Shown here: positions 6,915-16,728 of the stretch, piece by piece
Position numbering within the stretch: the stretch's first letter is position 1
Layout: every line of letters starts with the position of its first letter
Assembly: GCA_020441905.1 (NCBI GenBank)
Contig: JAGRLG010000030.1
Span: forward strand, 20,970-84,969
Source of the DNA: Rhodobiaceae bacterium
GTDB lineage: Bacteria; Pseudomonadota; Alphaproteobacteria; Rhizobiales; NORP267
Direction: 5' to 3'
Length of the DNA stretch: 64,000 nt
Program-made: the position numbers and the translations under genes
Notes under the pieces: generated by a model
Seen by the model: only the letters and a program-made list of their open reading frames with translations
What the model was told of the DNA's origin: nothing
Database searches by the model: none

Positions 6915-8111
6915 ATGGCCAAAACCACATCCTGGTGGCATGTCCTCATCCTGCTGATCGCCGGTGTGGCAATATCCCTCCAGATCGGAAAAGTGCCCGG
7001 CGCGGTGCCGGTGCTCAAGGAAGAGCTGTCGATCAGCCTGTTCGCTGCCGGCTGGGTCATATCAATTTTCAATCTGATCGCGGCGACAAGCGGAATCGCC
7101 CTTGGCGGCATAGCCGACAAGTTCGGCCAGCACCGCACCGTCGTCTTTGGCCTCGTGCTTACGGCTCTGGCGGCCATCCTCGGCGCCTTCGCCACCGGAC
7201 CGGCAAGCCTCCTCGTCACCCGCGCCCTGGAAGGCTTCGGCTTCGTCGTCGCCACGGTATCGATTCCAATGCTGATGACCGCAGTGGCGGCGTCGCGCGA
7301 TCGCGACCTGGTCCTTGGCCTGTGGAGCGTCTACATGCCCATGGGCACCGGCATGATGATGCTCATCGGTGCGCCGCTGCTCGATATTACCGGCTGGCGC
7401 GGCTTGTGGTGGCTGACGGCCATCATCATCCTCGGCGTCTGCGTCGCGGTCTATCGCGTCGCCGGCCGCGCCGTCACCAGCCTGCCGCCCCACACGCGCC
7501 CGCGCATGCGCGACATCACTCAGGTGGCTACCCGGCGCGGCCCCCTCATGCTGGCGCTGCTGTTCTGCTGCTATGCCGGCATGTTCATGGCCGTGCTCGG
7601 TTTCCTGCCCTATATCCTGGTCGAGGTCGATGGGCTTTCCAAGCCGCTGGCGGCTACCTTTGGCGCGGTGGCGGTGCTGGCCAATGTCGTCGGCAATCTG
7701 CTCGGCGCCTTCGCCCTTCACCACAATGCCGACCGCCGCGTCATGATGTTGATCGGCAACCTGTCGATGGCCGTCGGGGCCACCCTGGCGATGATGGATT
7801 TCCACCCCTATATCCGCGTCTATGGCGGTGCGCTGCTGGCGCTTGGCGGCGGCTGGATTCCGAGCACCCTGTTCACGCTGGCGCCGGTGCATGCGCCGCG
7901 CATCCAGCAACTGTCGAGCGTCACCGGACTGATGCAGCAGGGCGCCGCCATCGGCATGCTGCTGATGCCGCCGGCCGTTGCCGCCATCGTCGGCTGGTTC
8001 GGTACCTGGAGTGCCGCCGTACCCTTCGCATGGGCGGTGGCCCTGGTCGGCGTCTACGCCACCATCCAGCTCACGCGCTCGGACAGTCTCGGTTCGCAGG
8101 TGCCGGCCTGA
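6915..8111 (+). CDS. MFS transporter
   Basis: About 12 hydrophobic helices in a 398-aa ORF, with a typical MFS loop (GGIADKFGQHRT). Substrate unknown. Confidence 0.8.
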   Translation: MAKTTSWWHVLILLIAGVAISLQIGKVPGAVPVLKEELSISLFAAGWVISIFNLIAATSGIALGGIADKFGQHRTVVFGLVLTALAAILGAFATGPASLLVTRALEGFGFVVATVSIPMLMTAVAASRDRDLVLGLWSVYMPMGTGMMMLIGAPLLDITGWRGLWWLTAIIILGVCVAVYRVAGRAVTSLPPHTRPRMRDITQVATRRGPLMLALLFCCYAGMFMAVLGFLPYILVEVDGLSKPLAATFGAVAVLANVVGNLLGAFALHHNADRRVMMLIGNLSMAVGATLAMMDFHPYIRVYGGALLALGGGWIPSTLFTLAPVHAPRIQQLSSVTGLMQQGAAIGMLLMPPAVAAIVGWFGTWSAAVPFAWAVALVGVYATIQLTRSDSLGSQVPA

Positions 8112-8117
8112 ATCGGC

Positions 8118-8804
8118 TCAGCGCGCCAGCGGCCCCAGCAGGCGTTCCAGTTCGGGCATCAGGGCGTCGAAATGCGAAATCACCGCATCCGGCGCGAATG
8201 TCGAGATATGGCGGTCGGTATAGCCGAAGGTGACCCCGATCACCGGCAGGCCGGCCGAGCGCGCGGCGCGCACGTCGGTCTCGCTGTCGCCCACCATGAC
8301 CGCCTGGCCCGCTTGCGCGCCAATCCGCTCCAGAGTTTGCAGCAGGTGTCGGCCATCGGGTTTGTGCACGGCGAATGTGTCGCCTCCGGCGACTGCGTCG
8401 AAATAGTCCAAGAGGTCGAGTGCGCGCAGCAAGTGCAGGGAGCTGTGCTCGCGTTTGTTGGTGCAGACCGCCAGTTTCGCCCCCGACGTCTTGAGGGCGC
8501 GCAGCATTTCGGTGACACCGGGAAAGACGCGGCTTTCGCGGGCAATATTGTCGGCGTAATAGCGCAGGAAACGGTCGAGCAACTGATCGAGAAGCGCGTC
8601 GTCGTAAATTTGCCCGGAAGCCTCCATGCCGCGCTCGATCAGCGCCCGCGCGCCCATGCCGATGAGATGGCGCACCTTATCCGGCGCGATCGTCGGCGCG
8701 CCGATGCCCTCCAGCACGAAATTGAGCGCCAGAGTCAGGTCGGGCGCGGTGTCGGCCAGCGTGCCGTCGAGGTCGAACAGGATGGCGGGCGCGGTGTTGG
8801 TCAT
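8118..8804 (-). CDS. gph: Phosphoglycolate phosphatase-like HAD hydrolase
   Basis: Start taken at MTNTAPAILFDLDGTLADTAPDL (DxDGT motif I). CTNK and VMVGDSETDV motifs are present. The longer ORF start at 8840 is possible. Confidence 0.75.
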   Translation of the reverse strand: MTNTAPAILFDLDGTLADTAPDLTLALNFVLEGIGAPTIAPDKVRHLIGMGARALIERGMEASGQIYDDALLDQLLDRFLRYYADNIARESRVFPGVTEMLRALKTSGAKLAVCTNKREHSSLHLLRALDLLDYFDAVAGGDTFAVHKPDGRHLLQTLERIGAQAGQAVMVGDSETDVRAARSAGLPVIGVTFGYTDRHISTFAPDAVISHFDALMPELERLLGPLAR

Positions 8805-8910
8805 GTGCGGCAGGGGACCCGGCAGTGATGCCCGCTTCAAGCGGCTGGAGCGGTGTCGTAGCCTTGGCGGAGCGCCAAATCAACTGCCATCCGCGCCTGG
8901 CGCGGCGGCA

Positions 8911-10659
8911 TCAACTGGCATAGGCGGTCCGCAGGCCGCCCCAATGGCGGCCATGAACATGGATCGGAACGTCGATTTCCTTGATCATGTCCTTTTTGCC
9001 CGCTCCCATGTTGCGGGCATAGTTCTGGATCACATAAGGCCGCGTGTTTCGCGCCGCCGAAAGCCCGGCGCGGTCATCGAAAATCAGGCGATTGCGGCAA
9101 TGGGCCATGTTCCAATCCGGGTCGTCCGGGCGTTGCGGATGGGAATAGGCCGGATTGTGTACCGGAAGATAGCCGTTGAGGTCGACCGCGCAGCAAAGTT
9201 TCACGCCGGGGACCACATCGAAAACCTTGTCCTGAATTCGCGGCAGTATCGTCTCCAGATATGCGAGGGCGCGGGTGCGGTATTGCTGCGGATTGGTGCC
9301 GGCAATGGGCTGGTAGTCCATGTCGAACAGGTCGGCCTTTGATATGCGCCCGCTGTCTATTCCCTCCTCCATCGCCTTGGCGACCTCGCGCGCCGTCTCC
9401 TGCGCCCGTTCGATCAGCCGGCTGTTCTCCTGCTGGAGCTTGTCGGTCATCGCCTGCAGTCGCCCGGCGACCTCCTCGTCCATCTTGGAAAAGGCCACGT
9501 GTTTTCCAAGTTCGCTCGAACTGACCAGCCTGGCCGGCAGATCGCCGATACCCTCGAGCGAAACCGTGACTTCGCTGCCGGTCGTTATGTCCTTGGCGCC
9601 TTCCGCCTGAAGCAGGGCGCCGCCGTCGGACAGGTCGATGGTGACGATCGGCACCGAGCCGCCGCGATGTTCAAGGCGGCCGTCTATGGCGACGGGAAAG
9701 CGGTCATGGCGCCTGCGGTCGGCAACCTTGGTTTGCCGGATCAGCATGGTGAAACGGTTGCGCAGGCTCTCCAATTCGGCGTTCATGTCCTTTGCCGCCG
9801 CGCAGACTTCGTCGCCGACATCGACATATTGATCGGCGCATTTTCCGATATTGGCGATGCGCTCGGCCATGTCGGCGGCGAAGCGTTCCGTCTCGCCGGC
9901 GTTCTGGTTGATGGTCGCGATCGAGCGCGACTGTTCCTCGACCGAATGGGCGGCGCTGCCGAAAATCGGCTCCAGCTGGCCGATGGTTTCCGAAATATCG
10001 GTCACCGTGCCAATGCCGGCATGGGCCGATTTCTGCAATTGTTCGATCTTGGCCGCGATCTCCTCGGTGGCCCGCTGGGTCTGCACCGAAAGGGCCTTGA
10101 CCTCGTTGGCAACCACGACGAACCCGCGCCCGGCGGCACCGGCACGGGCGGCTTCGATGGTGGCGTTGAGGGCGAGCAGATTGGTCTGGCGCGCTACCGA
10201 GGCGATGAGCTGAACGACATTGCCGATTTCATCGGCCGCCTTGCGCAGATCCTCCATTCCCGTCGCCGCATTGCCGGCCAGGCTGCTCGCGCGCTTTGTC
10301 AGTGTTTCGGTTTCCGCCACCTGCCGCCCGACATTGGCGCTGGCGGCCTCCAGTTCTTCGGCAATAGCGACCAGCATGGCGGAATTCTGCGCTGCCTGGT
10401 CGCTCATCTGCGCCAGGCTATGGCTGTCTTTCTTGATCCCGGCGACGAGCTGGCGCTGGGCGTCCGTCCGCTCCCAGACCGAAGCGGAAGTTTGCAGGGC
10501 GCCTGACAATGCGCGGTTGATGTCCGTCTCGATGAGATTGAACGCGTCGTTGAGCTGGCTCACCTGGCCCGCTCCCGCTCCGCTTTCGCTCTCAAAGCCG
10601 GTTTTTTGTTCAGGTTGTATTTCAGCCATTGAAAGCCCGGTTCCCCCCAGGGTTTTCAT
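8911..10659 (-). CDS. Soluble methyl-accepting chemotaxis protein: MCP signalling domain, then PilZ, then C-terminal His/Cys-rich PAS/Cache-like domain
   Basis: No TM segment. Signalling tip is [35 protein letters not shown]. PilZ motifs are RRHDR (RxxxR) and DLSDGG (DxSxxG), at about nt 9475-9723. The C-terminal ~140 aa read AVDLNGYLPVHNPAYSHP...HCRNRLIFDDRAG...HVHGRHWGGLRTAY. Start could be 10659 or 10629. Confidence 0.85.
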   Translation of the reverse strand: MKTLGGTGLSMAEIQPEQKTGFESESGAGAGQVSQLNDAFNLIETDINRALSGALQTSASVWERTDAQRQLVAGIKKDSHSLAQMSDQAAQNSAMLVAIAEELEAASANVGRQVAETETLTKRASSLAGNAATGMEDLRKAADEIGNVVQLIASVARQTNLLALNATIEAARAGAAGRGFVVVANEVKALSVQTQRATEEIAAKIEQLQKSAHAGIGTVTDISETIGQLEPIFGSAAHSVEEQSRSIATINQNAGETERFAADMAERIANIGKCADQYVDVGDEVCAAAKDMNAELESLRNRFTMLIRQTKVADRRRHDRFPVAIDGRLEHRGGSVPIVTIDLSDGGALLQAEGAKDITTGSEVTVSLEGIGDLPARLVSSSELGKHVAFSKMDEEVAGRLQAMTDKLQQENSRLIERAQETAREVAKAMEEGIDSGRISKADLFDMDYQPIAGTNPQQYRTRALAYLETILPRIQDKVFDVVPGVKLCCAVDLNGYLPVHNPAYSHPQRPDDPDWNMAHCRNRLIFDDRAGLSAARNTRPYVIQNYARNMGAGKKDMIKEIDVPIHVHGRHWGGLRTAYAS

Positions 10660-10897
10660 ATCGGGCGCCAGCTAATCGGCTTTGCCGCGCCCTGTTCGGT
10701 CATAGCTGACGATCATTGGCGCAGTATAGTTAAGGCACCATTAATATGCCGGGAAAAGTACCATTAGCGTACCACCGGCGGCTTTAGCCCTTCTGGCCAT
10801 TGATTCTGCCTGCCATGACGGCTACCACCAAGCGCGTTTTGCTTACCGGGGCGGCAGCCCCGCCAAACTGCCGATAGCGCCGGACCTGAACAGGAGC

Positions 10898-11611
10898 TTG
10901 CTTGTGACCCTCACCGCCGACGAGCAAAAACGGGCAGCGGCCTTGCGCGCCCTCGATTTCGTGGAGGACGGCCAGCGCCTGGGTCTGGGCACCGGATCGA
11001 CCGCCGCCCATTTCGTCGATCTGCTGGGCGGCCGGGTTGCCGAAGGGCTTTCGGTGCGCTGCGTTCCGACATCCGAGGCGACGCGCGTCCAGGCCGAGCG
11101 CCTGTCAATTCCGCTCGCCACCCTGGATGAGATGCCGGAACTTGACCTGACCGTCGATGGCGCCGACGAGATCGGTCCGGGTCTAGCCCTTATCAAGGGC
11201 GGCGGCGGCGCCCTGCTGCGCGAGAAGATCGTTGCTTCCGCCTCGGCCCGCATGCTGGTCATAGCCGATGCCTCCAAGCACGTCGAAACCCTGGGTGCGT
11301 TTCCGCTTCCCGTCGAGGTGGTGAAGTTCGGCATGGCGGCGAGCGAACGCGCCATGTCGCGGGCATTCGCCGGCCTGGGGCTTGGCGGCGAGATCGTTGC
11401 GCGAAAAACCGGCTCCGGCGCGCTGTTTGAAACCGACAACGGCAACCACATATTCGACTGCCATTTGCGCCGGATCGAGGATCCCGCCGCTCTCGCCGCT
11501 GCCTTGGCGGCAATCGCCGGGGTTGTCGAGCACGGTCTGTTTATCGGTCTGGCCGGAAGCGCGATTGTCGCCGGGCCGGACGGCGTGCAGCTGATCGAGG
11601 CCGCGGCCTGA
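10898..11611 (+). CDS. rpiA: Ribose-5-phosphate isomerase A
   Basis: [26 protein letters not shown] and [14 protein letters not shown] motifs. TTG at 10898 or GTG at 10904 as start. Confidence 0.9.
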   Translation: MLVTLTADEQKRAAALRALDFVEDGQRLGLGTGSTAAHFVDLLGGRVAEGLSVRCVPTSEATRVQAERLSIPLATLDEMPELDLTVDGADEIGPGLALIKGGGGALLREKIVASASARMLVIADASKHVETLGAFPLPVEVVKFGMAASERAMSRAFAGLGLGGEIVARKTGSGALFETDNGNHIFDCHLRRIEDPAALAAALAAIAGVVEHGLFIGLAGSAIVAGPDGVQLIEAAA

Positions 11612-11648
11612 TCCGCGCCAGCCACATTCGAGTCGACAGGAGAGGGGC

Positions 11649-13004
11649 ATGACGGCACCGGGTTTCGACTATGATCTGATTGTCATCGGTGCCGGGTCGG
11701 GCGGCGTGCGTGCGGCGCGCATGGCGGCTCAATATGGCGCCCGCGTCCTCATTGCCGAGGAATACCGCGTCGGCGGCACCTGTGTCATTCGCGGCTGCGT
11801 GCCCAAGAAGCTGCTGGTCTATGCCAGCAAGTTCCACGAAGAGTTCGAGGATTCGGCAGGTTTTGGCTGGTCGCGGCCCGCCGCCGCCTTCGACTGGTCG
11901 AAGCTGATAGCCAACAAGGACAAGGAGATCGACCGCCTCAACGCCATCTATATCCGCAACCTCAATGCCGCCGGCGTCCAGATTGTCCAGAGCAGGGCCG
12001 AGCTGCGCGGGGCCAATGAGATCTATCTGGTGGCCGAGGAACGCACCGTTACCGCGGCAACCATCCTGATCGCCACCGGCGCCACGCCGTTCGTGCCGCA
12101 AAATGTCCCCGGCGCCCATTTCGCCATCACTTCCAACGATGCCTTTCACCTTGAGGCGCTGCCGAAAAGCATCGTCATTGTCGGCGGCGGCTATATCGCC
12201 GTCGAATTCGCCGGCATCTTCAACGGCCTTGGCGTCAAGACCAGCCTGGTCTATCGCGGCGAGCAGATCTTGCGCGGATTTGACGACGATCTGCGCAATG
12301 CCCTGGCCGGGGAAATGATGAAGAAGGGCATCGATATCCGCACCCATGCCGATGTGACCGAAATCGCGCGATCCGGCGCCGGCCTGGCGGCCGTGCTGAA
12401 ATCGGGGGAGCGGATCGCCGCCGGTCTGGTCATGTACGCCACCGGGCGCGTGCCCAATACCGCCGGCCTCGGGCTGGAAAATGCCGGCGTCCAGCTTAAC
12501 GGCAAGGGCGCCATCGAGGTCGATGCCTATTCGCGCACCCGGGCTGAAAATATCTATGCCGTCGGCGATGTCACCGACCGCGTCAACCTGACGCCGGTCG
12601 CCATTCGCGAGGGCGCTGCCTTCGCCGAGACGGTGTTCAATTCCAATCCCACGGCGGTCGATCATTCCAATATCGCGACGGCTGTCTTTTCCCAGCCCGA
12701 GATCGGCACCGTCGGCATGAGCGAGGCCGATGCCCGCGCCGCCGCCAAACGGGTCAAGGTCTATCGCTCCTCGTTCCGTCCCATGAAGCACACCCTGTCC
12801 GGGCGCGACGAAACCATGCTGATGAAGCTCATCGTCGATGCCGAGAGCGACCGCGTGCTGGGCTGTCACATTCTCGGCCCCGATGCCGGGGAAATGGCGC
12901 AGCTGCTGGGCATCGCGGTCAAGATGGGTGCCACCAAGGCCGACTTCGACGCCACCGTCGCCGTCCATCCGACCGCGGCGGAAGAACTGGTGACCATGCG
13001 CTGA
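11649..13004 (+). CDS. gor: Glutathione-disulfide reductase
   Basis: DYDLIVIGAGSGGVRAAR FAD motif, redox-active GGTCVIRGCVPKK, second Rossmann motif VGGGYIAVEFA, C-terminal HPTAAEELVTMR. Confidence 0.9.
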   Translation: MTAPGFDYDLIVIGAGSGGVRAARMAAQYGARVLIAEEYRVGGTCVIRGCVPKKLLVYASKFHEEFEDSAGFGWSRPAAAFDWSKLIANKDKEIDRLNAIYIRNLNAAGVQIVQSRAELRGANEIYLVAEERTVTAATILIATGATPFVPQNVPGAHFAITSNDAFHLEALPKSIVIVGGGYIAVEFAGIFNGLGVKTSLVYRGEQILRGFDDDLRNALAGEMMKKGIDIRTHADVTEIARSGAGLAAVLKSGERIAAGLVMYATGRVPNTAGLGLENAGVQLNGKGAIEVDAYSRTRAENIYAVGDVTDRVNLTPVAIREGAAFAETVFNSNPTAVDHSNIATAVFSQPEIGTVGMSEADARAAAKRVKVYRSSFRPMKHTLSGRDETMLMKLIVDAESDRVLGCHILGPDAGEMAQLLGIAVKMGATKADFDATVAVHPTAAEELVTMR

Positions 13005-13036
13005 GGCGCGGGGCGGCGACAAGGAAACGGGCCGCC

Positions 13037-14269
13037 ATGGCCGAAGGCAAGGCAGCAAGGGCAGCAAGGCTTGATCTGGCGACCTTGCGCGCCATTCCGC
13101 GCGGTGTCTGGGGCGTTGGCCTCGTCTCCCTGTTCATGGATATGTCCTCGGAGATGATCCATGCCCTGCTCCCCGTCTATCTGGTCACCGTGCTGGGCGC
13201 GTCGGCGCTCAGCGTCGGGTTGATCGAAGGCGTCGCCGAGGCCACCGCCTCCATCGTCAAGGTCTTTTCCGGCGCGCTCAGCGACTGGTTCGGCAGGCGC
13301 AAGGCGCTGGCGGTCATCGGCTATGGCCTGGCCGCGCTGTCAAAGCCGGTCTTTCCCCTTGCCGGCAACGTGCTGTGGATCTTTCTTGCCCGCTTCGCCG
13401 ACCGCATCGGCAAGGGCATCCGCGGCGCCCCGCGCGATGCCTTGATGGCCGATATCACGCCGCGCTACCTGATCGGCGCCGCTTATGGCCTGCGCCAGGC
13501 CCTCGATACCCTGGGGGCGGTGCTCGGCCCGCTCATCGCCATGGCCCTGATGTGGCTGACAGCCGCCAATTTCACCTTCGTCTTCTGGGCCGCGGTCGTG
13601 CCGGCGCTTGCCGCGGTGGTCCTTCTTGTCGTCCTCGTTCGCGAACCGGCGCGGCCCGGCGGCACGGGCCCCGTCCGGTTTCCCCTGCACACGGCCGCAA
13701 TTCGCCGCCTCGGCAAGAGCTATTGGCTGATCTGCGCCGCCGCCACGCTGTTTTCGCTCGCCCGTTTCTCGGAAGCCTTCGTCATCCTGCGCGCCCAGCA
13801 GCTCGGCCTCTCCCTGGCGCTGGTGCCGCTGGTGCTGATCGTCATGAATCTGGCCTTCAGCGCCGCCGCCTATCCCGCCGGGGTGATCTCCGACCGCCTC
13901 GGCCGTCCCGGCGTGCTCGCCCTCGGCATCGCCCTGCTGGTTGGCGCCGACCTCGTGCTGGCTTTCGCCGGCAGTCTGGGCGGGATCGCCGCCGGCATCG
14001 TGCTTTGGGGTTTGCACCTCGCCTTCACGCAGGGTCTGCTTTCGGCCCTGGTGGCCGACACCGCGCCGGCGGATCTGCGCGGCACCGCCTTCGGCGTTTT
14101 CAACATGGTGACCGGTCTTGCCCTGCTCGCCGCCAGCATGATCGCCGGCGCGCTGTGGGATTTTGCCGGCGCTGAGGCGGTCTTTCTTTTCGGCGCCGGG
14201 ATTGCTGCTTTGGCGTTTATCGCCTTTGGCGCGCTGCGCGCGCACCACCGGATTTGCCGCGGCGGCTGA
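13037..14269 (+). CDS. MFS transporter
   Basis: 410-aa ORF with about 12 helices and MFS-type loops (DWFGRRK, DRLGRPG). Substrate unknown. Confidence 0.8.
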   Translation: MAEGKAARAARLDLATLRAIPRGVWGVGLVSLFMDMSSEMIHALLPVYLVTVLGASALSVGLIEGVAEATASIVKVFSGALSDWFGRRKALAVIGYGLAALSKPVFPLAGNVLWIFLARFADRIGKGIRGAPRDALMADITPRYLIGAAYGLRQALDTLGAVLGPLIAMALMWLTAANFTFVFWAAVVPALAAVVLLVVLVREPARPGGTGPVRFPLHTAAIRRLGKSYWLICAAATLFSLARFSEAFVILRAQQLGLSLALVPLVLIVMNLAFSAAAYPAGVISDRLGRPGVLALGIALLVGADLVLAFAGSLGGIAAGIVLWGLHLAFTQGLLSALVADTAPADLRGTAFGVFNMVTGLALLAASMIAGALWDFAGAEAVFLFGAGIAALAFIAFGALRAHHRICRGG

Positions 14270-14279
14270 CGTCAGCCGC
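14262..14279. repeat. 18-bp perfect palindrome carrying the stop codons of two convergent MFS genes
   Basis: GCGGCTGAC|GTCAGCCGC. TGA of the + gene is at 14267-14269 and TCA (= TGA on the - strand) at 14272-14274. Confidence 0.9.
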
Positions 14280-15516
14280 GCCTTGTCCCGTCACTCAGCC
14301 GGAAAGCGAACCAGGCGGCCAGCGCGCCGGCAATGCCGAGGCTGGCAAAGGCGAGGCCCCAGGCCAGCGGGCCGCTTCCCCCCACGGCATCGAGAACGGC
14401 GCCGAAGGCAAGCGGCGCCGCCGCGCCGGCGCCAAAGCCGAGCAGCGAGCGCACCGCCAGCACCGAGCCGAGCCAGGCCGGATCCACCGTTTCGGTGAGC
14501 GCGGTGGACAGCACCGCCGAGTCGCCGATGGCCAGGAAGGCGTAGGCCAGCACCAGCGGCACCACCAAAATCGGCGTCGCGCCGACCATCCAGCCGATGG
14601 AAAAGGACAGCAGCGCGCAGGCGGCGGCGACCAGCAGCAGAACCTTGCGCCGGCCGTGGATGTCGGAAGCCGTGCCCATGGATAGCGACGCCCCGGCCCC
14701 TGCGATATGGCTGGCGGCGCCGATATAGGCGGCTAGGCCGCTGGCCCCGGCAATCGCCCAGCCGCCCTGGGCAAGATTGGCGGCAACGAAAGCGGGCACC
14801 CAGGCCCACATGCCGAGCAGCTCCCAGCTATGGGCGGTGTAGCCGGCGATGAGGCGCCTGGCATCGGCACTGGCCGCCATCACGCGGCGCAGGTTCAGCG
14901 CCCCGGCCCGGGCGTGGATGGTATTGGCCTGGCGCCACAGCACCGCCGTCAGCAGCGCCGCGCCCGCGGCGGGCAAAAGGCCGGAGAGGGCAAATGCCGT
15001 CTGCCAGCCGCCAAGCGACAGGCCCAGTCCGGCAATGCCAAGCGAGCCGGCATAGCCAACCGAGGTCGAGCCGATCAGCCAGCCCACCGCCTTGCCGCGC
15101 TGCTGGGGCGCGAAGCGCTCGGCGAACAGCATCACCACCGGGGTATAGGTGCCGCCCTGCATCAGCCCGGCCAGCCCATAGAGAATGAAGGCGGAGAGAT
15201 AGTCGCGGGCGCCAAAGCCAAAGGCGAGGGCCGCCGCCGCGGTGGCCCAGGCGGAAGCCAGCGCCACCCGCTTGGCGCCGAAATGGTCGGCCAGCCAGGA
15301 GGTGGCGAACAGCGACAGCGCATAGGCCAGGGTGAAGCTGGTGATGATGGATCCGGCCCGCGCCGCGCCGATGCCCCAGGCCGGCATCAGAACCGGCAAG
15401 GTGGCGGCCAGCACCATGAAATTGGCGAACAGGAACACCCGCGCGCAGCAAATCAGAAGAACCCAGGGGTCGCGCCCGGCCGAACGGCCGGCAAAGCCCG
15501 CCGCGCCCGGCGTCAT
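14272..15516 (-). CDS. MFS transporter
   Basis: Start chosen at MTPGAAG (ATG 15516), which forms an ATGA overlap with the upstream stop; alternative ATG at 15528. Hydrophobic 12-helix body. The track ORF extends to 15999 only because the frame stays open inside the upstream gene. Confidence 0.75.
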   Translation of the reverse strand: MTPGAAGFAGRSAGRDPWVLLICCARVFLFANFMVLAATLPVLMPAWGIGAARAGSIITSFTLAYALSLFATSWLADHFGAKRVALASAWATAAAALAFGFGARDYLSAFILYGLAGLMQGGTYTPVVMLFAERFAPQQRGKAVGWLIGSTSVGYAGSLGIAGLGLSLGGWQTAFALSGLLPAAGAALLTAVLWRQANTIHARAGALNLRRVMAASADARRLIAGYTAHSWELLGMWAWVPAFVAANLAQGGWAIAGASGLAAYIGAASHIAGAGASLSMGTASDIHGRRKVLLLVAAACALLSFSIGWMVGATPILVVPLVLAYAFLAIGDSAVLSTALTETVDPAWLGSVLAVRSLLGFGAGAAAPLAFGAVLDAVGGSGPLAWGLAFASLGIAGALAAWFAFRLSDGTRRG

Positions 15517-16658
15517 GCTGGCGCGCATCCGGTCAGGAATTCGCCGGCCAGCAGGTCGATCACTTGCCTCAGAGCCTCGCTCTCGCCAGCTCCCGCTTCG
15601 ATCGCGGCGCGGTAGGCCGCCAGCTGCCGGTCGGCGCTGGTTCCCCGGCGGACGATCTCGCGCGCGTGTTCCACTTCCGCCACGCAGTTGAAATGAACCG
15701 CGTCGTCGCGCACAAGATCGACGAACTCGTCGATCAGGTCGGCAAACGGCACCAGCGCCCCCTTGCCGAAATCGACCAGTCCCTCGCTGACGCCATAGCG
15801 CTGCGCCCGCCAGCGGTTTTCGTTGACCAGGAATCGCGAATAGTTGCGCCATCGCTGGTTGTTGCGCCGCAGCCGCCACAGCATGCGGATCAGGCACAGA
15901 TAGAGCGCGGCGATGGTCATGGCGTCGTCGATCAGCGAGCAGACATCGGTGACCCGCATTTCCAGTGTCGGAAACCGCGCCGAAGGGCGCAGGTCCCACC
16001 AGATCTTGGTCGCGTCTTCGATCAGGCCGGCATCGACCAGGGTCCCCACCGTGCGGGCATATTCGTCGAAGCTTGAAAAGCTTTCCGGCAGGCCGGTGCG
16101 CGGCAATTCGTCGAATACCGACAGGCGGTAGGATTTCAGCCCCGAGCTGCGCCCCTGCCAGAATGGCGAGGATGTGGAGAGCGCCAGCAGATGGGGCAGG
16201 AAATAGGTCAGCTGGTTCATGAGGTCGATGCGCGTGCCGTCGTCGGGCAGCGCCACATGCACATGCATGCCGCAGATCAGCAGGCGTTGGGCCACCACCT
16301 GCATGTCCTGGGCAAGGGCGTTATAGCGCTCCTTGTCGGTGTGGCGCTGGCGTGTCCATTCGGCAAAAGGGTGGGTCGAAACCGCCAGCGGCACCAGATC
16401 GTAGCGTCCGGCGATTTCGGCAATGGTGCGGCGCAGATGCGAAAGCTCGCTGCGCGCCTCGCGCAGGGAGCGGCAGACCGGCGTTCCGACCTCGACCTGG
16501 CAGCGCAGGAATTCCGGGCTGACGCGGCTCTCCAGCGCCTTTTCGCATTCGGCCATGAAATCATGCGGCGGATCGCTCTCCAGATCGCGCGTCGCGCCAT
16601 TTGTCAGGAGATATTCTTCCTCGACGCCGATGGTGAATTCGGGTTCTGAATCGCTCAT
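15513..16658 (-). CDS. Carboxylate-amine ligase, YbdK/GCS2 family (gamma-glutamyl-cysteine ligase type 2-like)
   Basis: N-terminus EFTIGVEEEYLL, CGMHVHVALPD, and a length of about 380 aa are typical of the YbdK family. Confidence 0.85.
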   Translation of the reverse strand: MSDSEPEFTIGVEEEYLLTNGATRDLESDPPHDFMAECEKALESRVSPEFLRCQVEVGTPVCRSLREARSELSHLRRTIAEIAGRYDLVPLAVSTHPFAEWTRQRHTDKERYNALAQDMQVVAQRLLICGMHVHVALPDDGTRIDLMNQLTYFLPHLLALSTSSPFWQGRSSGLKSYRLSVFDELPRTGLPESFSSFDEYARTVGTLVDAGLIEDATKIWWDLRPSARFPTLEMRVTDVCSLIDDAMTIAALYLCLIRMLWRLRRNNQRWRNYSRFLVNENRWRAQRYGVSEGLVDFGKGALVPFADLIDEFVDLVRDDAVHFNCVAEVEHAREIVRRGTSADRQLAAYRAAIEAGAGESEALRQVIDLLAGEFLTGCAPA

Positions 16659-16728
16659 GCGCCGATTGAAGCCTGTGCGTCGGGTTTTGTGAAGCCGGCC
16701 GTCCGGCGGCCGCCGCGGCCCGCGCTGC

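Noticed and set aside
11541-13067. 508-aa ORF antisense to gor
   Set aside because: Shadow ORF. gor on the + strand has unambiguous FAD and redox-disulfide motifs, while the antisense translation is low-complexity (G/D/A/R).
15517-15999. N-terminal extension of the MFS ORF (the track gives 14272-15999)
   Set aside because: The extension lies entirely inside the YbdK-type ligase gene in another frame and is Arg/Gly-rich. The hydrophobic MFS body begins right after the ATG at 15516/15528, and the ATG at 15516 makes an ATGA junction with the ligase stop.
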